Shown here: positions 28,530 to 39,226 of the stretch, in pieces
Position numbering within the stretch: the stretch's first letter is position 1
How the letters are laid out: every line of letters begins with the position of its first letter
Source of the DNA: an uncultured Anaeroplasmatales bacterium
GTDB taxonomy: Bacteria > Bacillota_I > Bacilli_A > Acholeplasmatales > JAEDCM01
Assembly (NCBI GenBank): GCA_964634685.1
Contig: CAZWLD010000004.1
Span: 12,430-76,429, forward strand
Reading direction: 5' to 3'
Length of the DNA stretch: 64,000 nt
Notes under the pieces: generated by a model
Databases searched by the model: none
What the model was told of the DNA's origin: nothing
The model's input: only the letters and a program-made list of their open reading frames with translations
Made by a program: the position numbers and the translations under genes

Positions 28530-29453
28530 ATGAAAAAAATTATATTTAGCATTGCCATGGTCTTAGTTGCCTTTGGCGGAATTCTTGGTTTATCAGCATG
28601 TGGAACTAAGGATGAAGAAATTAAACTATACACACGTGACGTAACAAGTGGAACCAGAGATGGCTTCTTTACGGGAATTGGTTTTAGTGAAGCAAAAGAA
28701 GATAATGGACCTTTAAAGGCTGGATACATTGAGGTTGCATCAAATGGTGATATGATAACAGCTATTAAAGGAGATCAATACGGAATTGGATATATCTCAT
28801 TATCATCACTAGCAGATTCTGGATTAAAAGGCTTAGTATATGAAAATGTCGACCCAACTGAAGCAAATGTTCTAAATGGAACCTATAAGCTTACAAGAAA
28901 CTTCAATTATTGCTTAAGAGCAGAATACAGCAACGAGAAAAACGAACAAATAATAAAAGCCTTTGTAGCATATTTGAGTACAGTTGAAGGCAAAGCAACA
29001 ATCAAAGACAAGGGTGGAATCCTTGAAACATCTTCAAGTGATAAGTCTTGGGAAGCAATTAAAGCTGATTACCCAATCGCAAGTTTAGACAATTCAGGTG
29101 TTACAATCAATGTTGGTGGATCAACATCAGTTAAATCAATTGTTAGTGCCTTACTATTGGAATTCTCAAGTAAATGCGGAAATTTCAAATACAACTACAA
29201 TCCAACGGGATCATCAGATGCCTATAAGCGAACAAACGGGAATGACAAGGATTCAACAAACGCTTGTGATTTAGCCTTCGCTTCTCGTGAATTTAAAGCT
29301 GAAGAAGCAATGGACGCAAGCCTAAAGGGAAAAATGTGTATTGATGCAATTGTAGCTGTAGTCAATAAAAACAATAAAGTAACTAGCGTAACGGCTGCGG
29401 TGTTAAAATCAATATATAAAGGTGAAGTCGCTAAGTGGAGTGAGGTAAAGTAG
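28530..29453 (+). CDS. pstS: phosphate ABC transporter substrate-binding lipoprotein
   Basis: Lipobox LSAC. PBP-like pattern and its position at the head of the pstCAB genes. Confidence 0.9.
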   Translation: MKKIIFSIAMVLVAFGGILGLSACGTKDEEIKLYTRDVTSGTRDGFFTGIGFSEAKEDNGPLKAGYIEVASNGDMITAIKGDQYGIGYISLSSLADSGLKGLVYENVDPTEANVLNGTYKLTRNFNYCLRAEYSNEKNEQIIKAFVAYLSTVEGKATIKDKGGILETSSSDKSWEAIKADYPIASLDNSGVTINVGGSTSVKSIVSALLLEFSSKCGNFKYNYNPTGSSDAYKRTNGNDKDSTNACDLAFASREFKAEEAMDASLKGKMCIDAIVAVVNKNNKVTSVTAAVLKSIYKGEVAKWSEVK

Positions 29454-29471
29454 TCTTCGGACTACTTTTTG
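29449..29471 (+). terminator. intra-operon hairpin with a UUCG loop plus T-run between pstS and pstC
   Basis: AGTAGTC-TTCG-GACTACT followed by TTTTT. The pstS stop codon lies within the stem. Confidence 0.7.
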
Positions 29472-29475
29472 GCTT

Positions 29476-30402
29476 ATGGAAAATATAAAAAGAAAAACAA
29501 TTATTGATAAAATCATTCGCTATGCCTTTCTTGCAATTACCTGCTTATGTTCGCTTTGTGTTATTTTTATAGCTATCTTTATTTTTATCAAGGGCTTAAC
29601 GCCATTCTTCAAAAAATATGAAATAAATGGTTCGTACTATCGTGTTAATTTTTGGAAATTTATTACCGGAAATACCTGGTTTAAAAGCCCAAATATTTAT
29701 GGGGCTGGATACATTATTATTAATACCATTATTGTGACGACCTTGTCTCTTTTGATAGCCTGCCCGATATCGATATTAACAGCCCTATTTATCTCGAAGA
29801 TTGCCCCGAAAAGACTATCAATTATTTTGAACTCCATTATTGAATTATTATCGGGAATCCCATCGATTATTTACGGTTTATTTGGGGCCGGTATAATCAC
29901 CCAAATTGTTAGTAATTTAGGAGCTTTCTTTGGCATCCAAACAGCTGGAGGAATATCCCTTCTTTCCACGGTTTTAGTATTAGCAATTATGATTCTCCCA
30001 ACTATTACAATGATATCTGTCACATCAATTAACAGTGTCAATAATTCCTTGATTTTAGGATCCCTAGCCCTTGGGGCCTCAAAAACACAAACGAATTTCA
30101 AGGTTGTATTAACGAGCGCTAAATCGGGTATATTTTCAGGAATTATTTTAGGTGTTGGTAGAGCCTTAGGTGAAGCAACAGCGGTTTCGATGGTCTGTGG
30201 AAACAGTGGTAGCGGTCCGAATATTGGGTTATTTGATATTACGAGAACCTTGACATCGACTATGCTTCAGGGAATCCACGAAACAACGGGGATGGATTAT
30301 GATATTCGTTTTTCAATTGGTCTTTTATTAATTGTAATTATTATTATAACAAATGTTCTTTTAAATTTTATTAAGAATAGGATTGGTCGCCAAAATGGAT
30401 AG
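29476..30402 (+). CDS. pstC: phosphate ABC transporter permease
   Basis: Six-TM permease with an EAA-like loop (GASKTQTNFKVVL). Confidence 0.9.
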   Translation: MENIKRKTIIDKIIRYAFLAITCLCSLCVIFIAIFIFIKGLTPFFKKYEINGSYYRVNFWKFITGNTWFKSPNIYGAGYIIINTIIVTTLSLLIACPISILTALFISKIAPKRLSIILNSIIELLSGIPSIIYGLFGAGIITQIVSNLGAFFGIQTAGGISLLSTVLVLAIMILPTITMISVTSINSVNNSLILGSLALGASKTQTNFKVVLTSAKSGIFSGIILGVGRALGEATAVSMVCGNSGSGPNIGLFDITRTLTSTMLQGIHETTGMDYDIRFSIGLLLIVIIIITNVLLNFIKNRIGRQNG

Positions 30403-31582
30403 AAAAAGAAAAGATTTAATCTTAAATATTATTACTTATCTTTGCTCATCATTTTCGATTATCGTTTTGTTTGGCTTAATTATTTTCTTATTTTCAAGAG
30501 GAATAGGTAATCTATCCTTTAATATGTTGACAAAAGATTATTATGAAACCCCATATTTTGCCTATGTTGAGGAAAGCAGTAGCTTTGATCTTTTTGATAA
30601 AGATGGGATTTATTACTCTAAAAATTTTGGAATAGGTCTAAAGGATTCATATGATTTAGAAAAAAATGCGGTTGTTGAGATTGCTTATATTGATAATTTA
30701 TCTCCTTTAAAAAATGCGATTTCTCATAGTGGTGGGCGTCTCGAGGTTAAGGTTGGACAAATAATCAAAAGAATCCAAGTTAAAAATGGTGAAGAGATTA
30801 AAATTGAAACGCAAAGAAGCGGAGCCGAAGCGATGCGCGATGCTTTAGATTTTGGTTCGGAGATAACCGAATTATATTATCTTGATATGGGCGGCGGAAT
30901 CAGAGGTTCGCTTTTATCGACCCTTTATTTGATTGGATTAACCTTAATCATTGTTATGCCAATCGGCATAATTGCGGCAATTTATCTAGCGCTATATTCC
31001 AAACAAAATACCTTTGTTAAGGTATTGCGAAGCTTAATTGATATGATTTCGGGAATTCCATCAATCATTTTTGGTTTGATAGCAATAATAGTCTTTATTC
31101 CGATTGTGAGTGGCATAACTAAGAATAATGGTGGAAGTATCATTTCGGGTGCCTTAACTTTATCGGTTATGTTGTTACCGACTGTTATTAGAACAACAGA
31201 AGAGGCTATCAATAATATTCCCAAAAGCTATAAAAGTGCTTCTTTAGCCTTAGGAGCCTCGGAAACCCAAACGACCTTTAAGGTTATTCTTCCAAACGCT
31301 TTACCAGGAATCTTAACATCAATATTGTTGTGTATCGGACGTATAATTGGTGAAAGTGCAGCTTTAATTTTTGCCATTGGAACGGCTATTCAGGACCAAA
31401 TTGATATCACAAAGGGCTCGACAACCTTAGCTGTTCATATTTGGAGTGTAATGTCGGGGGAAAATCCTAATTATGGGCAAGCCTGTGCTATTTCATTAAT
31501 TATCCTAATGATTGTCTTATTATTAAATATTTTAGTAAAATTAGTTAGTAAAAAGCTAAATAAATTTGAGGTGAAACAATGA
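30395..31582 (+). CDS. pstA: phosphate ABC transporter permease (with a long first external loop)
   Basis: EAA-like loop ([14 protein letters not shown]). The ATG 30395 start overlaps the pstC end. A loop of about 125 aa follows TM1. Confidence 0.88.
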   Translation: MDRKRKDLILNIITYLCSSFSIIVLFGLIIFLFSRGIGNLSFNMLTKDYYETPYFAYVEESSSFDLFDKDGIYYSKNFGIGLKDSYDLEKNAVVEIAYIDNLSPLKNAISHSGGRLEVKVGQIIKRIQVKNGEEIKIETQRSGAEAMRDALDFGSEITELYYLDMGGGIRGSLLSTLYLIGLTLIIVMPIGIIAAIYLALYSKQNTFVKVLRSLIDMISGIPSIIFGLIAIIVFIPIVSGITKNNGGSIISGALTLSVMLLPTVIRTTEEAINNIPKSYKSASLALGASETQTTFKVILPNALPGILTSILLCIGRIIGESAALIFAIGTAIQDQIDITKGSTTLAVHIWSVMSGENPNYGQACAISLIILMIVLLLNILVKLVSKKLNKFEVKQ

Positions 31583-32328
31583 CAGAAGCTTTTAAAATTG
31601 AAAATGTCAATTTATCCTATGGTGAAAAGCATGTTTTAAAGGATGTAAGTATTGATTTATATAAAAATAAAGTGACAGCCTTTATTGGCCCATCTGGCTG
31701 CGGTAAATCAACATTGCTAAGGTGCTTGAATCGGATGAATGACTTAATTGAAAATTGTCAAATAACGGGGAGTATTAAATATAATGATTGTGATATTAAT
31801 GTCATCAATCCGATGGAATTAAGAACGAACGTGGGAATGGTTTTTCAAAATCCCAATCCCTTTCCAATGTCCATCTTTGATAATATTGCCTATGGCCCGC
31901 GCTGTCATGGCATTAAAAACAAGGCTAAGCTCAATGAGATCGTTGTCGATGCTTTAAAAAAAGCGGCAATTTATGATGAGGTTAAGGATAGGCTAAAGGA
32001 TTCAGCTCTTTCATTATCGGGAGGCCAACAACAACGTCTTTGTATTGCAAGAACGATAGCGATGCATCCGGATGTGATTTTGATGGATGAGCCAACAAGT
32101 GCCTTAGACCCAATCGCAACATTGAAAATTGAAGAATTAATCGATGAATTAAGAAAAGAATACACGATTATTATTGTGACCCATAACATGCAACAGGCCA
32201 CAAGAATTTCGGATTATACGGCCTTTTTCATGTTAGGTGAAATCATCGAATATAATAAAACCGAGGAATTATTTAAAAATCCTAAGGAAAAGAAAACAGA
32301 AGATTATATCACAGGAAGGTTTGGATAA
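31579..32328 (+). CDS. pstB: phosphate ABC transporter ATP-binding protein
   Basis: Walker [10 protein letters not shown], signature LSGGQQQR and Walker B ILMDEPTS. Confidence 0.95.
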   Translation: MTEAFKIENVNLSYGEKHVLKDVSIDLYKNKVTAFIGPSGCGKSTLLRCLNRMNDLIENCQITGSIKYNDCDINVINPMELRTNVGMVFQNPNPFPMSIFDNIAYGPRCHGIKNKAKLNEIVVDALKKAAIYDEVKDRLKDSALSLSGGQQQRLCIARTIAMHPDVILMDEPTSALDPIATLKIEELIDELRKEYTIIIVTHNMQQATRISDYTAFFMLGEIIEYNKTEELFKNPKEKKTEDYITGRFG

Positions 32329-32329
32329 A

Positions 32330-32968
32330 ATGAAGCTAGAAGAAGAAATTGAACACTTAACACAAATGGTTGTTAAAATGGCGGATGTTGTGTTAGATAA
32401 TTTAAGAATTGCTTTAGAGATTTATTATCAATATGATGAGACGAAAATTGAATTAATCAATGATGATTTAGTTGATATGCACGAGCGATTGATTGAAGAA
32501 ATGTGCTTGAATATTATGCTTAAGGAACGACCTTATGCTAAGGATTTACGAAAGGTTTCAGGAATTTTGAAATTAGTTGAGGATATTGAACGCTTAGGAG
32601 ATCATGCCGAAGACATTAGAGATTTTGCGGTTAAAATCAGTAATGCAAGTCATCATAAGATACCAAAGCTTGATGAAGCCATTACCATTACCTTAAAAAT
32701 GGTAAATGATAGTATTTTGAGCTTTGTGAATAAGGATATCAATTTAGCTAATGATGTTATTAAGCGTGATGATTTAGTTGATAAATTATACAATGAGTGT
32801 CTAGATATTATTATTGAAAACAATAAAAAAGACTATAGTAGTGAATTTTCAATCTACACAACGTTGATTGTCAAATATATTGAAAGAATTGCCGACCACG
32901 CCGTTAATGTCGCTGAATGGGTTATCTATATCCTAAGTGGATATCACAAGGATAAACAAATATTCTAA
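32330..32968 (+). CDS. phoU: phosphate signalling modulator PhoU
   Basis: Two PhoU repeats with ERLGDHAED and ERIADHAVN. ATG 32330 lies just after the pstB stop. Confidence 0.9.
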   Translation: MKLEEEIEHLTQMVVKMADVVLDNLRIALEIYYQYDETKIELINDDLVDMHERLIEEMCLNIMLKERPYAKDLRKVSGILKLVEDIERLGDHAEDIRDFAVKISNASHHKIPKLDEAITITLKMVNDSILSFVNKDINLANDVIKRDDLVDKLYNECLDIIIENNKKDYSSEFSIYTTLIVKYIERIADHAVNVAEWVIYILSGYHKDKQIF

Positions 32969-33022
32969 TTTATCTTGCAAAAGAAGATAAAAAAGATAAT
33001 AATAGAGGTGGGAGATGATAAA

Positions 33023-33688
33023 ATGGAAGGTTTAATTTATTCGGTTGAGGATGACAAGGACATCTCAAAAATCATCAATTTGACCTTGTCTAAGCAAGGG
33101 TATACCGTAAAATCATTTTATGATGGAGAATCGTTTTTTAAGGCTTTATATAGCGAAAAACCGGATATGATTTTACTAGATATGATGCTTCCGGATTATG
33201 ATGGCTTAGAAATATTAAAAATAGTTCGAGCAAATAAAAATTTTGATGATGTTTTTATTATGATTATCTCCGCTCGAATTATGCTTACTGATAAGGTTGA
33301 TGGTCTTGATTATGGAGCTGATGATTATATCGAAAAGCCCTTTGATATTTTGGAATTAATGTCGCGTGTTAATTCGAAATTTCGAAGAATAAAGAAGAAT
33401 AATATCTTGTCTTATGGCAATTTACGTTTAGATAAGGAATATCACAAGGCTTATTATGATGATGATTTGATTGAATTAACCTTAAAGGAATTTGAAATTT
33501 TAGAATTATTAATCAAGAGCCAAGGAAAGGTCGTCACAAGAGAAGAAATATTAAATGAAATTTGGGGCGATAATGAGGATTTGCAGACGCGAACGATTGA
33601 TATGCATATCAAGTCTCTTCGAAAAAAAATTGGCCATGATGATATTATAGAAACCATTTATGGGGTTGGATATCGGGTGAAATTATGA
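33023..33688 (+). CDS. phoP: OmpR/PhoB-family response regulator
   Basis: Receiver domain (VEDD, LLDMMLPD) plus a winged-helix domain (TIDMHIKSLRKK, VGYR). RBS GAGGTGGGAG. Confidence 0.9.
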   Translation: MEGLIYSVEDDKDISKIINLTLSKQGYTVKSFYDGESFFKALYSEKPDMILLDMMLPDYDGLEILKIVRANKNFDDVFIMIISARIMLTDKVDGLDYGADDYIEKPFDILELMSRVNSKFRRIKKNNILSYGNLRLDKEYHKAYYDDDLIELTLKEFEILELLIKSQGKVVTREEILNEIWGDNEDLQTRTIDMHIKSLRKKIGHDDIIETIYGVGYRVKL

Positions 33689-35364
33689 GAAAAAAATACA
33701 TTGTTATCAATACTTTGATTTTAGTTTTTTCGTTATTAATTTTTTTGTTTACCTCCGCTTGTATCGTTTCTGATTTGAATTTATCGAATCGAAATCAAAC
33801 CTTAAAGAATTATTTGTCGCTTATTGAATCATCCTTTAATGGATCGAATATGGAGACAATTTCTTCAAATATTCAAAAGACTAATAAGGATTTACGAATT
33901 ACCTTTATTGATAAAGAAGGTAAAGTTTTGCTAGATACAGCTAAAACAAGCGAAGAGAATCATCTTGATCGTTATGAGATTAAAAATATTGGCAAAATGG
34001 CCTGCCGTTATTCAGAAACAACCAATATTAAAATGTATTATCTTGCAGGCTATGACAGTACAAATGGTATTTATATCAGGGTCGCAATTCCGGAATCAGC
34101 GGTATCTGATACGGTTAATCACTTTACCTATTATGGCTTTGCGGCAATTATTATTTTAAGCTTTATTTCGTTTGGTTTCATTTATTTGTCTTCAAAAAAA
34201 TTAGTCAAGCCTTTGAAAAATGAAATAGCAAATTTATCAAAAATTACGAATACGGAATTATCCTATAAGGGTGATGATTTGGTAGAATTATCTAACCAAA
34301 TCGTAAGTGTTAGTCGAATAATTAATAACTATATTGCCTCAATCAAAAGCGAAACGGATAAATTGAATTACATTATTGAAAATATGAATAATGGAATTAT
34401 CATTATTTCAGGTTTAGGAAATATTTTATTGATTAATAATGTTGCCTTGAAGGTTTTAAACCGTAAAAAAGAGGATATTCAAAATAAATCATATCTTTAT
34501 TGCTTTGTTGATTTAAAAATTTCTAATGAGATTGAAAAAGCGATGAATTCGAAGCAGGAATATAGTACTATCTATGAAAATGAGGATCGGACCTATCTTG
34601 TATCTATTACATCACTTTACGCCGATTTTGTTATGGATGGAGAACAATCGGGAGTTAGTGTCTTCATTTATGATGTGACCGAAGAAAAAAGACTCGAGAG
34701 GGTTAAGCTTGATTTCTTTGCGAATGCCAGTCATGAGCTTAAAAGTCCTTTAACCTCTATTATTGGTTATCAGCAATTGATTAGTGAAGGAATTATTGCT
34801 GATGAAGCTGAAATCAAGGATGCGACAGCTAAGACAATTAAAGAGGCTTCACGAATGAATCAAATTATCATCGATATGCTTGAATTATCTAAGCTTGAAA
34901 TGGTACCTAGTGTGTTAAAAAAAGAGAATCTTTTGTCAATGAGTGAATCTGTTGATTCAACCTTAGAATCATTTGATGAAATTATCAAACAGAAGCAAAT
35001 CAAAATTGTTAAGGATTATAGTGATTTTCAGGTTCTATTTGATAAGGATGATTTATATCATTTGATAAGAAACATTGTGGATAATGCGATTAAATACAAT
35101 GTTATAAATGGCGTGATATTAATTAAGATTGATGCCTCAAATAAAACACTTGCGATAAATAATACCGGGGAGATTATCTCAAATGAAGATCAAACGCGCA
35201 TTTTTGAGAGATTTTATCGTGTTGATAAGGCTAAATCAAAGGAGCTTGGGGGAACTGGACTCGGCTTGGCGATTGTTAAGCATATTTGTTTAAACAATGA
35301 TGTTTTAATCAACGTTGAGTCAAAAGCTAACGAAGGAACAACCTTTACCTTTAAATTTAAATAG
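33685..35364 (+). CDS. phoR: phosphate-sensing histidine kinase
   Basis: ATGA overlap with the regulator gene. H-box SHELKSPL, N-box DNAIKYN, G2 GTGLGLAIV. Confidence 0.9.
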   Translation: MRKKYIVINTLILVFSLLIFLFTSACIVSDLNLSNRNQTLKNYLSLIESSFNGSNMETISSNIQKTNKDLRITFIDKEGKVLLDTAKTSEENHLDRYEIKNIGKMACRYSETTNIKMYYLAGYDSTNGIYIRVAIPESAVSDTVNHFTYYGFAAIIILSFISFGFIYLSSKKLVKPLKNEIANLSKITNTELSYKGDDLVELSNQIVSVSRIINNYIASIKSETDKLNYIIENMNNGIIIISGLGNILLINNVALKVLNRKKEDIQNKSYLYCFVDLKISNEIEKAMNSKQEYSTIYENEDRTYLVSITSLYADFVMDGEQSGVSVFIYDVTEEKRLERVKLDFFANASHELKSPLTSIIGYQQLISEGIIADEAEIKDATAKTIKEASRMNQIIIDMLELSKLEMVPSVLKKENLLSMSESVDSTLESFDEIIKQKQIKIVKDYSDFQVLFDKDDLYHLIRNIVDNAIKYNVINGVILIKIDASNKTLAINNTGEIISNEDQTRIFERFYRVDKAKSKELGGTGLGLAIVKHICLNNDVLINVESKANEGTTFTFKFK

Positions 35365-35424
35365 TTGAGTAAATGTAGGTTCTATAAGACAGTATTAGAA
35401 CATTACTAACATCGAGTGCGCCAA

Positions 35425-35470
35425 AAACAAGCGATAATTTGTTTTCATAACCGAATATCGCTTGTTTTTA
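35425..35470 (+). terminator. rho-independent terminator after phoR
   Basis: AAACAAGCGATA / TATCGCTTGTTT stem with a 19-nt loop, followed by a T-run. Confidence 0.6.
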
Positions 35471-35611
35471 TATTTTTAATCGCCCAATGAAAGCGTAGTT
35501 GTCACCATTTTACTTTATTCGCTGTAAAAAATGTAATTATTCCCCAAAAATTCGTTGTAATTTTTGTAATAGTGCGCTATAATATCTTTGTATTATGACG
35601 GAGGTGAGTCT

Positions 35612-36928
35612 ATGTACCGAATTGCGATTGAGAAACTATTAAAATGGAAAGAAAGCAAACGCCGGAAGCCACTAATCATCGAGGGAGCACGCCAAGTTGG
35701 CAAAACCTGGCTGATGAAAGAGTTCGGCAGACTAGCATATGCGGATACTGTTTATATTAACTTTGACTCTAATTCCAGAATGGCGGAGCTTTTTGCGTCT
35801 GATTTGGATATAAACCGCTTGATAATGGGATTTGAACTATATGAAGGTCGAAAAATAGACCCCAACAATACTTTGTTGATTTTTGATGAGGTGCAGGAAG
35901 TTCCGAGAGCCTTGGCGTCGTTAAAATACTTCTATGAAAATGCCCCTCAGTATCACATTGTCTGTGCCGGTTCTCTACTCGGCATCGCATTACATGAGGG
36001 AACTTCCTTCCCTGTTGGTAAGGTGGATTTTTTAAAGCTCTATCCCCTTTCTTTTAGAGAATTTATGATGGCAACTGATAAGGAGGATTTTGCGGAGCTT
36101 CTTAATAAACGGGATTTCCAGATGATCGCAAGCTTTAGACAAACATATATAGACCTCTTAAAGCAATATTACTTTGTAGGCGGTATGCCTGAAGCGGTGC
36201 AGAGCTTTGTAGAGAATAAAGATTTCAATGAGGTACGTGACATTCAAAAGCGGATCTTAGCTGCTTATGAGCAGGATTTTTCAAAACATGCTCCCAATGC
36301 CATTGTTCCGAAAATTCGTATGTTGTGGAATAGCATCCCATCTCAGCTTGCAAAAGAAAATAAGAAGTTTATTTATGGACTTCTTCGTGAAGGTGCTCGT
36401 GCAAAAGAGTATGAAACAGCTATTATGTGGCTGTCTGATTGCGGACTTGTTCACAAGGTCAGTCGAGTCAATACAGCTGGTGTTCCTTTGAAGGCTTATG
36501 AGGACTTAAAAGCTTTCAAGCTGTTTGTAGTCGATATAGGGTTGCTTGGCTGTATGGCTGGTCTTAATCAACGTACATTGCTTGACGGAAATGATTTTTT
36601 CGTAGAGTTTAAGGGAGCATTAACAGAACAGTATGTTTGCCAACAGCTTAAAACCATCGAGGATTTTGGGGTTTACTATTACACCAATGATAGAGGATCC
36701 TGTGAGGTTGATTTTGTTGTGGATACGGGTGATTTAATTATTCCTGTTGAGGTAAAAGCGGAAGTCAATCTCAAAGCTAAGAGTTTGAAGACCTATCAAG
36801 AGAAGTTTTCACCCAGAGTATCGGTTCGCACTTCGATGACCGACTACAAAAAGGAATCTTGGCTCATAAATCTTCCATTGTATGCAATCGAACAGCTTTC
36901 TAGGATATTATTGGACAATAATAAGTAA
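35612..36928 (+). CDS. AAA+ ATPase with a DUF4143-type C-terminal domain (compositionally foreign)
   Basis: Walker A GARQVGKT and Walker B LIFDEVQ. RBS GGAGGTGA. By eye, the G+C content is clearly higher than in neighbouring genes. Confidence 0.8.
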   Translation: MYRIAIEKLLKWKESKRRKPLIIEGARQVGKTWLMKEFGRLAYADTVYINFDSNSRMAELFASDLDINRLIMGFELYEGRKIDPNNTLLIFDEVQEVPRALASLKYFYENAPQYHIVCAGSLLGIALHEGTSFPVGKVDFLKLYPLSFREFMMATDKEDFAELLNKRDFQMIASFRQTYIDLLKQYYFVGGMPEAVQSFVENKDFNEVRDIQKRILAAYEQDFSKHAPNAIVPKIRMLWNSIPSQLAKENKKFIYGLLREGARAKEYETAIMWLSDCGLVHKVSRVNTAGVPLKAYEDLKAFKLFVVDIGLLGCMAGLNQRTLLDGNDFFVEFKGALTEQYVCQQLKTIEDFGVYYYTNDRGSCEVDFVVDTGDLIIPVEVKAEVNLKAKSLKTYQEKFSPRVSVRTSMTDYKKESWLINLPLYAIEQLSRILLDNNK

Positions 36929-37276
36929 GAGATTATCGAGGTTAAGGGAATTTAATTCTTAAATAAACAGTATATAAAATCCTTAAAAATTCTAATTTAT
37001 TTTTTATCTAACTGGCTAAAATCAGGTAAATCTGTCCTATTAAAACGAAATTCAATGGATTACTTGCACATCATTTGTGTGAAATTATTCCTTTGGATTT
37101 TTTTATCTAAGCAAGACTGAACTATAACCTTATTTATTATGATAAATTTATTTTTTGTTTAAAATCATTGACAAAAAGTGTATTTTTTGTTAATGATATG
37201 ATATAAAGTGGATTAATATTTTGAAATGAAATTTGACTATTTTATAGATTAGGTGAAAAAGATAGGTGGTTTGTTA

Positions 37277-37522
37277 ATGAAATTTGATGAAAGCTAAGCC
37301 GAACCTCATTTAATAAATAAGCGTTTTTGCGGCGATTCAGATTTCTTGTTTTTGGTTGAAAAGGAAATTGATAAGAGTTTTATGGAATTAAAGAACATAT
37401 ATGATAATGATAAAAATGAATATTTTAATCTATTAAAGAAAAATGAAAAGATAAATGTTTTGTTTTTTTTTGACTATCGTTTATTTTTTTCCAGATATCT
37501 AAATATAGCAAAAGGGAGATAA
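37277..37522 (+). pseudogene. interrupted small ORF (MKFDES-TAA-then 74 more in-frame codons) abutting the ABC operon
   Basis: AGGTGG RBS and ATG 37277, with an in-frame TAA at 37295. The same frame then stays open to TAA 37520, 2 nt before the ABC ATPase start. An internal ATG lies at 37382. Confidence 0.25.
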
Positions 37523-37524
37523 TT

Positions 37525-38172
37525 ATGATTCAAATAGAAAAATTATCAAAAAAAATTAAAGGAAAAACCATTCTAAAAATTGATAACTTAATTATCGATA
37601 AACAATTTACCATTATCACAGGTAATTCAGGAGCTGGAAAATCAACTCTTTTGCGTGTTATTTCTACAATTGATTGTGATTATGATGGTAATGTTTTTAT
37701 TGATGGAGTTAATTTAAAAAACAAAGAGATAAACATTCCAATATTAAGAAACAAAAAAATGGGATTTATGTTTCAAGATTATTTATTGGATGAAAGACTA
37801 ACTGTTTTTGAGAATATTGAAATACCTTTATTAATTGCTGGATGTAGTAAAGAGGAAAGAAAAAAGCGAATTGCTGATGTTTTGGTTAAGGTTCATCTTG
37901 ATGAAATAAGTAATCAAAAAGCTAAAACCTTAAGTGGAGGCGAGAAGCAAAGAGTAGCTTATGCCCGGGCAATAATCAATAATCCTGAAATAATATTTGC
38001 GGACGAACCAACTTCTTCATTAGATGAAGGCAATGCTAAAGATATAATGGAAATGCTAAAGAAATTATCTAAAGAGGGCACAATGGTTGTCATGGTATCA
38101 CATGATGATGATTTATTTTGCTATGGTGATCAAATCATTACTCTTAAGAATGGGATGATTAGAGATGAATAG
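37525..38172 (+). CDS. ABC transporter ATP-binding protein (MacB/LolD-like)
   Basis: Walker A GNSGAGKST, signature LSGGEKQR and Walker B IFADEPT. Confidence 0.9.
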   Translation: MIQIEKLSKKIKGKTILKIDNLIIDKQFTIITGNSGAGKSTLLRVISTIDCDYDGNVFIDGVNLKNKEINIPILRNKKMGFMFQDYLLDERLTVFENIEIPLLIAGCSKEERKKRIADVLVKVHLDEISNQKAKTLSGGEKQRVAYARAIINNPEIIFADEPTSSLDEGNAKDIMEMLKKLSKEGTMVVMVSHDDDLFCYGDQIITLKNGMIRDE

Positions 38173-39226
38173 TATAAATCTAACTGCGAAGCCATATTTG
38201 ATTTACAAAAGAAGAGTAATTCTTGTCACAATGGCTGTTATTTTATTGATTACTTCAGTTTTTTCAATGCTTAGTCTTAAGAATGGTTGTGACGATTGTT
38301 TGAGGGAAAAATTAAATGAGATAGAAGGGTCTATTCAATTAAAAATTAGGTATCCATTTCAAGAACTTGAGAAAATTAAGAGTCTTTATTGCTTGAAATC
38401 GGATGTCTCTTTGGCTAGAATTGATGGATTTGATGAGCCTGTTTACATATCACAGTTTTATTCAAACATTCCTTCTGAACAAATAAATAATTATACTTCT
38501 ATTGGCGACTTCTATTTTTGCGGTGAAGATTACTATTATGGTGATACATTAAAATGTAAAATTAGTTTAGCAATTGCAAATCAGTTTTCGCTTCATGTTG
38601 GAGAATATATCAAATTAAGTGATGATAATCAAATATTATATATCTCGGATATTATCAATATTGGATCATCACAAAGAATTTCTATTCCGATAAATCTTTA
38701 CGAAAAAAGAGGAAGAATTAATCTATATCAGGGTGAATTTTTATTTGATGATTATGTCTTACTTAATAGTAATGGGTTAAAGAGTGATAACCTAAATATG
38801 TTTGTTTACTATGATACGGTAAAAATAATTAAGTCATTATTTTCAACATTGTCTAATGTATTTTTGGTTGTTTTGTTCTTATGTTATTTTGCTTACATAA
38901 TGACTTTTATTATAAGTAATAGGAAATATTTTTTGATTGAAAACTATTTAGGCATTTCTAAAAAGCGATTATTTTTTGAATATTTCATTATAAATTTGGT
39001 TCATACTGCTCTAATTGTTGTCGTTTCCTTGGGATTGATTATGATATCAAGTTCAAAAATTGTTGATAATTTAGGAAAAGCCTTTTCAGTAGAATCTTTG
39101 CAATTTGTTTTTGATGGACATTTCTTTATAGTAATTTCATTATCCTTATTTTTGTTATCATCATTGGTAATTTTCTTTTTCTTTATTACTTTGGCAAAAA
39201 GGGGGATAAATTATGTGGAAGATTAA
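38165..39226 (+). CDS. FtsX/MacB-type ABC permease
   Basis: Topology is TM1, then a soluble loop of about 180 aa, then three C-terminal TM helices. The start overlaps the ATPase gene. Confidence 0.7.
   Translation: MNSINLTAKPYLIYKRRVILVTMAVILLITSVFSMLSLKNGCDDCLREKLNEIEGSIQLKIRYPFQELEKIKSLYCLKSDVSLARIDGFDEPVYISQFYSNIPSEQINNYTSIGDFYFCGEDYYYGDTLKCKISLAIANQFSLHVGEYIKLSDDNQILYISDIINIGSSQRISIPINLYEKRGRINLYQGEFLFDDYVLLNSNGLKSDNLNMFVYYDTVKIIKSLFSTLSNVFLVVLFLCYFAYIMTFIISNRKYFLIENYLGISKKRLFFEYFIINLVHTALIVVVSLGLIMISSSKIVDNLGKAFSVESLQFVFDGHFFIVISLSLFLLSSLVIFFFFITLAKRGINYVED

Noticed and set aside
30500-30900. An extra loop of about 125 aa after TM1 of PstA.
   Set aside because: Enlarged PstA loops occur in several low-G+C lineages as far as I recall. 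I could define no distinctive motif in it.
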